From Lytechinus pictus (taxonomy: Eukaryota), in the NCBI RefSeq assembly GCF_037042905.1, contig NC_087251.1:43650001-43714000 (forward strand): 64,000 nucleotides of DNA, read 5' to 3'. Position numbers and translations under genes: made by a program. Of the stretch, positions 41,901 to 52,200 are shown piece after piece. The notes under the pieces are model-generated. The model had not been told where the DNA came from. It was given only the letters and a program-made list of their open reading frames with translations, and made no database searches. Numbering within the stretch: position 1 is the first letter of the stretch; each line of letters opens with the position of its first letter.

Positions 41901-44900
41901 GTATGACGCGTCACATAGCAAACATAGGATACAAATGATAAGAACATACCTTTGGTGCAATACCCTTCCGTACATCATTGATTTGGGATAATTCCAACAC
42001 CTGCCCCTCCTGTAAGGAAAAAAAATGGGAAAAGAGAAGTTATCATCATGTTCATGGTGACTTCATCTACATTCGATTGGGATGAGATTTAGCTATTGGA
42101 AGCTCTGTCATGTGCAAGATATTGCCCTTTCCTTCACCCATCTACGCCTGCCTTACGGGCCAGTCACACCAACGAAAATGACTCCAAATTGACCGATGGT
42201 ATGTCATTGGAAATAACGTAATGGCTTTGGTCCTTCTGGAATCGGTTTGGCTGGTGTGACTCAGGCAATACTCTGTCTCTCTATTCCCTTCAGACTAGAC
42301 TCACCCCTCCACGTATGGCCTCGCGACTTGGCTCTATTCCTCGTCAAGCGATGGCTGAGACGAGACTTAGCCGCCTACGAAGAGAACTGGCGATACCCGA
42401 GTGAGCGCGAGAGCAAGCGGCTTTAGTCGCGAGGCATTTGGAATCTGGTGAAGACGTGAATATATGAATTATTCATGAGCATGCTGATGCGGCCGATGCA
42501 CCAATCCGCACCGTCCGTGTCTATGACGTCATGGGACCATGTTTGTTCGCTTCTGTGGCACAGGGTCATACAGGGTTCATTGATGCGAGCATGGCCGCTA
42601 CCTCTCGAGCCTCTTGTCGAGGCCCTGGCTCGAAGCAGAGCAGAGCGCAGCGAGCCAGGGCCTCTTGACATCTGAGCTGAATTTCACCGACTTTCTTTCG
42701 TTTTTTATTGTTTTTACCAATATTCCAACCAAAAACTGGTCGGTGAAAATCATCCAATGAGAGCACGGGCTGCTATGACGTCGTATTGAATATTCATGAG
42801 CTCATCTCGAATGGCGACCCGTGGATTCTTGGCAGAGTGACGACGAAATATCAAAGAGCATGAATATGCCTCTAAACTGCTGAATATTGACCAATTTAAG
42901 GATTTGCAAGTCAATGAAATTAAATCTGCATTGAAAGGACGAGATGTTTTTGTAAATCTACCCACAGGATATGGGAAAAATGTAATCTTTCATGCGATTC
43001 CACTATGCGTCGATTATCGATCTCCGCGGTGCAGTGAGGGAATGCTGGAGTCGAGTTGTTCAGTTGGTGCTTCCCCTTGACTCGAGTCTGACCAGGCCGA
43101 TCTCCCAGGAAGTTTCGGGGCGGTGATGGGTCTGTTACGGCTAGTACTAGTAGTAGTAGTAGTACCACTACTTGTAGCATTTTGCTGGTTATATCCCCTT
43201 TATTGTCCCACAATTAAGTGAATCCCCTGCAGAATAGTGGACTACTAGTATTCCGAACCCCGGACAAAACAGCTTTGACATTTCATTGGTTTACTAGGTG
43301 ACCGGTAATGTTCATGACTCATGTATGTTCATTAGGAAGACGTTCCTCATGAATACATAATTCAGCTCAGATGTCAAGAGGCCCTTGGCTCTCTTCGCGA
43401 ATTAGGAAATCCCTCGCTATTCCGATTCGGAAACAATGGTTAACATAAGAAATCCAAATCAGGTTCCTAAAAGCCCTGCGACTGAGCTCGAAATCCTCAC
43501 ACTCACATTCGATTTTTGTGAATAATCTTTTTTCCTGTCGGTAGGTATGTGAATAAGTATCACAACAGACACAGGGCCTTGTTTAAAGGCTATCCCTCCT
43601 TCCACTCTCAAAGAAATTCCAACACTATTCCACTAAAGAAATAAAATGAAACGTGCAATTAAAGTTTGTACTCATGCATGATTTATTTCTTCACAACCAA
43701 GGCAAGCTAACTATGTCTTCACTGTGATACACCATAATATTTATGAGTTAAAAAGTGTACAATGCTGGGATGGTACTCATCTGAAAGGAGGCAAAAAACC
43801 CCACTAAATGTAAACTGCAAATGGCAGAGAGAGATAGAGAGAGATAATAATAATAATAAAGGATTTGCATATAGCGCACGTATCCACCTTGCTAGGTGCT
43901 CAAGGCGCTCCTATATTACCCCCGGCTAAGCTAGTCCACCGATTTGGTGCGCACAGCTTTTTGAGGAATTACTTCCTGCAGGTACCCATTTACCTCACCT
44001 GGGTTGAGTGCAGTACAATGTGGGTAAATTTCTTGCTGAAGGAAAACATGCCATGGCTTGGAATCGAACCCACGTCCTTCAGATTGAAAGACGAGAGTCT
44101 TAACCACTAGACCACGACCATAGAAGGGGAGGCTTGGTTGCCAATTTTTCTAAACCACCAACTGCCTCAGAAGTCTATAATTTTACCATGCACTATAAAT
44201 GCAAAAGCATTCTGATTCTGTTTTACGCAATAGGTTTTAAAATAGAATATAATTCCAGATTTAGAGTTTCATATAAAATGTTTTTCTAAAACCAAGAGTT
44301 TCAGAAATGTGCTTTTTTAATTTGATAAGCATTATGCAAATAAAGACTGGCATTCACACTTGCTTTGCTTCTTTTTGGTAAATCAGTTATACAGTATGTA
44401 GAAATCTAAAACATGAAAAATAATAAGAAAAATAACAGCAAAATTTCCAATGCACTGGAATCCACCAGGTACTTCTGAGACTCAAGGCACACTGCATCCT
44501 GACTATTAAAAACAACTTCTATGATCAATAATAAGATGTTGGGAAAAATGATTAAAAATGCTCTGAATAAGTATTTTGAAACTATCAAGCCTTGTATTCC
44601 TCGATCCTACATGTACATCCTAGCTGTAATGAGCATAGAATCACCCCCTCCCTTTTGAGCTGTGTGAAGGATCTGCAGACTTATTACATGGTCATTTGGT
44701 TAATTATCATGTTAATAATAGCATCATGGCTGTGGCAAACTCCCATTGCTCAGCTGCTACACGTCGAAATAATGATGAAGATTGAACAGCACGGCAATGG
44801 ATACTGTGGAAAACAAGGTACATGTCTTGGCGGGGGGGGGGGGCGCACAAGGGAAGAAGGGGCTAGGATACAGAGATAGACTGAGAAAGAGAGAGAATGA

Positions 44901-46237
44901 CATAAACGATGCAAACAAATCTGGGGAGCACTTCATGAAACAAAATAGTCAGTGACTTTCACTGACTTCTTGTTATAAGCTACTGATATCCTTGCATCTG
45001 ATTGGCTCAGAGAAGATGTGTCACTGCAAATCACTGATCATTTGTTTTCATGAAACACTCCCCTGATCTCAAGATGAAGAGAAGGTCATTGCGCCAATTA
45101 CAAGACTTGACAAAATGAGCAACATCCTCCTGGTTTACCTTCTTTCAACACAATAACGATAATCATGATAAATGGCCTTTTATCTGACCCTATCGCTGGT
45201 CCACTATCCCTCATCAAGGATAGAGATCATACAAAACATAAAATTGGGGAATGCTTGTTCATAATATACTCAGTAAAAAGACACTTAAATTTGTTCATCT
45301 TTGCACTTAATAGTTACTGTAGCTGCAATGCAGGCTTCGTGCAATAAAAAACAGCCTGTCATGTGCCATTTCTATATAATGATTCAATTAAAGTAGAAAT
45401 ATATTGCAAATCCTAAAAATTGAGAATTATGTATCAAATTAAAGGAGAAAATAAGAGGAACACAATGGTGTAAATCATTTATCATGGAGATCGATGAAAC
45501 TCAGTTAATTGATAGTTTAAAGTTCTCTCTCTGAATGCTTCAAACACGCAGAATTACGTCCGCGAAATTGGGGATTTTTGATGACGTGCATGAGTGTACG
45601 AGAGACGTGATTGGCTCTCTCACGTCAAGCTCCACCACGTCTAGCCTCTTGTCGAGGCCCTGTCGGCTGCTTTCCGAGCGAACATGGCAAAGCACGGGAG
45701 AGAGCGAAGCAGAGCGCCGCGAGACAGGGCCTCTGGACATCTGACCCGAATTTCACCGACTTTCTTTTGTTTTTTATTGTTTTTACCAATTCACCGACCA
45801 AAAACTGGTCGGTGAAAATCATCCAATGAGAGCGCGAGCTGCTATGACGTCATATTAAATATTCATGAGCTCCTCTTGAATGGCGACCCTTGGATTCTTG
45901 GCGAAGAGTGACGACGAAATATCAAAGAGCACTGAATATGCCTCTAAAACGCTGAATATTGACCGATTTAAGGATTTGCAAGTCGATGAAATTAACTCTG
46001 CACTGAAAGGACGAGATGTCTTTGTAAATCTACCCACAGGATATGGAAAAAATGTAATATTTCATGCGATTCCACCGGTCGATCCGGGGCGTCGATTATC
46101 GATCTCCGCTGTGCAGTGCAGCACTTGAGGGAAGCTGGGGTGGAATTGCTGGGAGTTGACTCGAGTCTGACCAGCGGCTGAGCAGTATCTCCCGGGAAGT
46201 TTCGGGGCGGTGATGGGTCTGTTACGGCCAGTAGTAA

Positions 46238-46275
<38 letters not shown>

Positions 46276-49200
46276 CCACTACTTGTAGCATTTTGCTGGT
46301 TATATCCCCTTTAGTGTCCCGCAATTAAATGAATCCCCTGCAGAATAGTGGACTACTATATAGTATTCCGAACCCAAGACGAAACAGCTCTGACATTTCA
46401 TTGGTTTACTCGGTGACCGGTAATATCATGACTCATGTATATTCATTAGGAAGACGTTCCTCATGAATATATAATTCAGTTCAGATGTCAAGAGGCCCTG
46501 GCTCGCGCCAGGCCTAATTCGCTTCGCGAATTAGGAAAGCCCTCGCTTCGCTCGGGAAGCAGCCGCCAGGGCCTCGACAAGAGGCTACACCACGTCAAGC
46601 TCCACTTGCATGCAAAACCTGTTGTGATGGTACGTTTTCTCCACACTGCCACTGAATACTTCGATCACGAAACAAAAGAAAACCCACAAGTTTATCTAGA
46701 TTTGGATTTTCAAATTGATGATTTTGAAGATGAAGAGAATGATGATGAGTTTCTAGCTCTAGAACAACAAAGTGACGTGGATGGAGGTAAATTAATATTT
46801 AAAGATATAAAAGATCATCCGCCTAGCTCACATGCGATTGTAAACAATCAGGAAGGCAAGCAAGCTCGCCATGTGTTTGTGATGGTTTGTTTACAATCGC
46901 ATGCGAGCTAGGCGGATGATCTTTTATATCTAATTTTAATTTACCTCAATTTTTTGCTTCAAAAAGGTTTTATCGTAATTTAAAAATAGTACCAGGTGTT
47001 ACTATATTTTTATATAGAAAAATAATTCCCCGAGTTTCGTAATGTTGTCAAAATAATGAGATAGAAATTTTATCTCACAGAACGAGTGACAATCTATCCC
47101 AGCCACGTGAAGATCATCATTTGTGCATATCGTCTGCTGCTATACGTTGAGTTGATTTGCCTTCAGGTTCGGATTATTCACTTGTTTGTAAGTACAGTTA
47201 TATCATTATTTTCCTTCTCATTATTTTGTTGATAGAGGCAAGAGACTCTGTCTGGATGTGGTCATGCTTGAATTCATTTTCATGGATTTGACCAGCGGTG
47301 CAGCTAGCAGCGGAATGAGCTGGTAGGGAATCGGCATACAAGTTGAATTGTCCGACTCATCATGATCACCGGCGTAATTCCCCTAATTTACCTCAATCCA
47401 CGTCACTTGTTGTTCTAGAGCTAGAAACTCTTCATCATTCTCTTCATCTTCAAAATCATCAATTTGAAAATCCAAATCTAGATAAACTTGTGGGTTTTCT
47501 TTCGTTTCGTGATCAAAGTATTCAGTGACAGTGTGGAGAAAACGTACCCTCGCAACAGGTTTTGCATGCAAGTGGAGCTTGACGTGGGAGAGCCAATCAC
47601 GTCTCTCGTACACTCATGCACGTCATCAAATTCGAGTCAATTCAGAGACCGATGAGAGGCGCTTATTCGGAGAGGCATTTTAGCGCTTTTAAATTGGCGA
47701 GTTCCACCTTATGTATCATTTTCGTTATTTTTGAATGACCAAATGATAATCCCCACATCATTACCTTTCCACTGATATATAATAAGGCCATATTCATAAT
47801 CAATATATTTCTCCTTCAAGTATTTTGAAAGACTTCAGACTCAGAAATATATTAAGGAGAGATGCTGGTGTGCCAAAGACATTGGGTCTGTAACAAATTA
47901 TTTCAGTTCAGTTCAATTTCATTTATTTCCAATTAAAAATCACAATATAAAAATTCATAAAAATACATAATTGAGCAAATGTAAACCATATTCATGTACA
48001 TGTATTACAAAAGTCTTCCACATAAAATATATATGTATACAATAAGTTAACATTTTAAACAACAGAGGAAATAGGGAAATTATAAAAACCCCAAAATAGA
48101 GTTTGTCTAGATAACCTCCCTTAAAGGAATTAGACAAAATATAATTGACAAAGTAAGATATAAGAAACTTATTTGCCCACAATAAAACACAAGATCAAAC
48201 AATAAAGGGGAACAAAAAAAAAAAAAAAAAAAAAAACCCTACACAAAGGTAAAAGGTGGAAAGTAAATCTACAGTACACAAGTTGAAGATTGATTAAATG
48301 CTGCTTTATACATATTTTAAATGCATTATAATTATTTATTGACGTTATATTACTTGGCAGGCAGTTCCAAACTGTTGGTGCTTTATGACTGAATGAAAAT
48401 AAAAGATAGGATTTTTCGACTGCCCATAAATGATATTTATTTTTATTTCTAGTATTATAGTTATGTACTGACATTATGATAGTTGTCAGAGTAAAAATCA
48501 TCGCGGATTCTATACGAACCTGCATAAACCCAATTTTCAGTCATTTTTTAAAATTGATTTTTTGCAGGTTGCATGTCTTCAACTCTATCAACTTTATAAA
48601 TTCAGTTAAATTCATTTAAAATCAGTCTCCCAAGTGACACACAGCGGTCAAAAGCCCGGCCTAGATATTGTGTGTATCCACGGAGTGACTTTACAAACTG
48701 TCATAAACCATGATATGTGGCGCTAAAAACGGAAATGCATCCATGTGCTTCATATCAAATAATGACAAATTCATATTTGAATGGTGAACAAAATTTAGCG
48801 TATTACAAAATGATAGAATTTACGCTCTAAATTGGTATAATATTGCTCTGGTTTCCTTTAAGCACAATTATCTCAATATTGTTTTTTTTATATATACATG
48901 TATGTATTGCAGTCTTTTTCTAGCGTTCTGTTCATTCATGCTATTTTAATACTCTGATGCGGCATGAGTGCATGTCGAAAAGTTTGTTATGTCCATTTTT
49001 AAGAATATTGTTTTTTGAATGACCAGCCGAGGTTTCTGCCGGTTCGTAAAATCACTGACGAATATAACATCATGACAAATTTTCTTTATTTTTTCTTTAT
49101 TTCATCAATTCATTTTCCAGTGATTCTATTGATCATTTACTTTTTTTATCATAATAACTTCTAATATATTTTTGAATTGGGAAAAACAATCTTCCTTTCC

Positions 49201-52200
49201 TATTTTTTTTAGAAATAAAAATCTCTCTGGGAGTTGCTTTAAAATGTATCATTCTTTCATCCATACAGAGCTTTTCATTAATTACCGAGAAAAGGTCACT
49301 ACAGAGCAACCAAATCTGAGAGTAAGGACATCATCACATCATTATAATCTGTCTCAGTCTCATTAGTGATATTTTTCAGAAAAAAACAACTGCACTGCTG
49401 ATATTTTTCTGCAAGCCCCCTATACCGTAAATACATCTTCAAAAAGGAAAGTCATTGTTATGACGAAAATCAACATCATGCAAAAGAGATAATATAATAA
49501 TTGGGGGTGTCACAGTCATATCACTGTGCTGGCAAAGAATTATGATACACATTTTTTAATATAGACTAACAGTCATTAATAAGTACTCCAAGGTATCCCT
49601 ATTGTGCTCAGTGAGCTCAAATCATGAATAATATAAAATTTGAACAAAATAGTAAAAGACTATGGTAGTAATATGACTGACAAGAAAAATACAAAAAGAA
49701 AACATTGATACCATTTCCTGACCCCACTAGAATAGAACCATCCTAATATGAACATAATACCCCCATCTCACTAGGAAGGCGATCGTGGCGACCATGGCGA
49801 TCTGTGTAAATCCCGCAAATCGTAGCAGAATCTTCCTCGAATTCTATTTTTAGCCTGCGAGACGATTGCACTGCAACTTCTATGCGACCGACCTGCGCTG
49901 AAGGCGATGGTAATACGCTGAAAGTACGACGATGCCACTTTCTTGCGACGATTCGAGGCAGATGTGATGCGCTGCTTCTGCGATCAAAGCGATCGTACAA
50001 CGAGGCTCATACGCTAATTAGGACCTCGGTACAGTGGTGCTACGAATGAAGCGATTGTGTTACGTTCATGATGGGCTCTTGAAACAATTTCAAGCAATCG
50101 GCATACTAATCGCGGCACATGACACATTTTTCAGTCGATTGCCAACCTCCGACCAACATGGATGTCCAGAATTTGGTTGGACTTATACATCTTGGCATTC
50201 TAAAAGAACATCAGTTAAAAGTTGAATGCGAGGACAGGAGAAGGAGGAGGCCAAAAAGATACAGGGTCCGATCCTGGCTGTCACCTAAGTCATAATATAC
50301 AATATTTTTAAAATTTCATTCAAAAGATGTCGATGAGCCTAATAGTTAATAGAGGGATGCATCCAGAATTTCATAAAAGAGCATAAAAATCTTTGATATT
50401 CTGTTTATTTTTTTCCACAAAAGTTTGTCACTCAAAAATATTTGGTAAATTCCTTTCAAATTTGCTGACAAGAAGTAGTCTACTGATGTGAGAGCACTCA
50501 TAAAAAGGGAGGGGGGAGGGGGGCACAATGCCAGAATCTCCCTAAAGATTGCCTTTCCCAATCAATACATTAGTGATCGAATCATTAACAAAATTTGATG
50601 TTGTCTACTGTCACTGTGGTTAGAATTCAATTTATTTTCAAAACATAATCAATTTATTTATTTCTGCAGAGGTAACCATTTCGTCATCAAGACATGTGAG
50701 CGTCTTTTTTTCTATTTCCAGCTGGCTCAGCAGTAAGATTTTCATCCTCCTCCTGTACCCCCTCCTCTTCCTCCTCTACCTCCTCCTCCTCTACCACCAC
50801 CATAACCCCTTGATCTTCCTCTTCGACCGCCAGCCTAAGAGGGGTAGCTTGGGCAGCTTTCCCTTTTCTGGTCCATTTTCTGGGAGGTATGTTTGAAAAC
50901 GCCGTGGTATCGCCTCGTAATCTGTTGCAAATATGATAATCCGCCACCATCGGCACGGCGTTTTATAGCAGCGCGGACGGTTGTTGCGCAATCGCTGCCC
51001 AGTCATCAGCGGCGCAGCAAAAGCGCAACGCGAACGCCTGTAGCGGGCTGAGCACGTGTGCCACATGCCACCCAAAGAAGGAAGCGTCGTGGTGGAAGCT
51101 GTGTGAAGCGTGTCGAGCGCAAGGCAGTCGCCTTGTAAACGGAAGCAGCGTAGCAGAATTGTCTTGGGAACTGGCCTGAAAACCACGGGCGATCGGTGCC
51201 GCTTTTAATGCGCTTATACTACGCTTTATGCGTTGGGGCTCCGTTACAGCTACGAATATGTCGTTTGTAATACGCTCATGACTCGATTGTGATGCGCTTT
51301 AGCACCTCCGCGATCTCGCTACGTAAGTTTTGAACATGTTCAAAATTTTGTGGCGACCAGGAAGATGGTGGCGATCCTTGCCGCTTCAGAAGAGATCAAG
51401 GTACGACGGAGAAGATTGAAAAGATCAAGGCACGATCAAGCTACGTTATACCACGCTTTGTCGATTTTTGACGATCGCAGTGGAATCGCCATCTAGTGAG
51501 ATGGGGGTATAAGACAGAAGATTACAACCATGGTAAATCCATTGAAAATGCCAGTCAAATCACAATAACCACTTTAGAGGTCATTGTTGAAAAATGGTAA
51601 ACCAGGAAAGCAGATCGTCCTAAAATTCAGAGCTGACAAAAAACTGGAAATAATATATCATTTGTCCAGAATCCAGGACGAAACAGCTGTTTTGAACTTC
51701 TGATTCACTGATTTTCGAAAAAAAGGCTGCTTCATCATGAAGGGCTTCTGACAATAGATTCTCAACATACCAGAAAGCGTCTGCTTTAGTGGTTGAAAAA
51801 ACTCCCTATAGCTCACTGCATCTCCATCGTAACTTTTAAGTTTCTTCATTGCTAGAGTAAAACTGGAAGATTGTCTTGGTGCCATTCATTCCTGGATGAC
51901 TGTGAACTATTTACTCCTTAATGATAACAAGATGGAAGTCCTGCATATCTCCTCCCATCGTAGACATACCCCTGAGCTACCTCCAATTCAAATTGCAAAT
52001 GTTCATATACATCCCTCTAAAACTGTTACTAACAGTTACTAATATGTCGTAAAGCATCCTTCGCCCTAAGAAAAATTTGTAAAATTCGAAAATATCTCTG
52101 TAAGTCATCTACTGAAGTCCTCATTCATGCATTTGTTAGTTTACTTCTTGATAGTTGCAATAGCCTGCTCCATGGAATTCCAGAAAAGGATATTTCTAAT

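Larger units (their letters stand above)
45443..47815. mobile_element. Kolobok-like element with long internal inverted arms; host of the AcademH insertion
   Basis: TTAA|AGGAGAAA...TTTCTCCT|TCAA; (45578-45641 plus 46597-46794) is the reverse complement of 47384-47630. Confidence 0.7.

Noticed and set aside
44045..44119. Possible tRNA-Glu gene on the minus strand
   Set aside because: It is the head of a SINE with body and LINE-like tail; degraded copies occur elsewhere in the window.
45880..46128. Functional host RecQ gene nested in the PLCB4 intron
   Set aside because: Truncated after Walker A, enclosed by TIRs and a TSD, and the sister copy is frameshifted.
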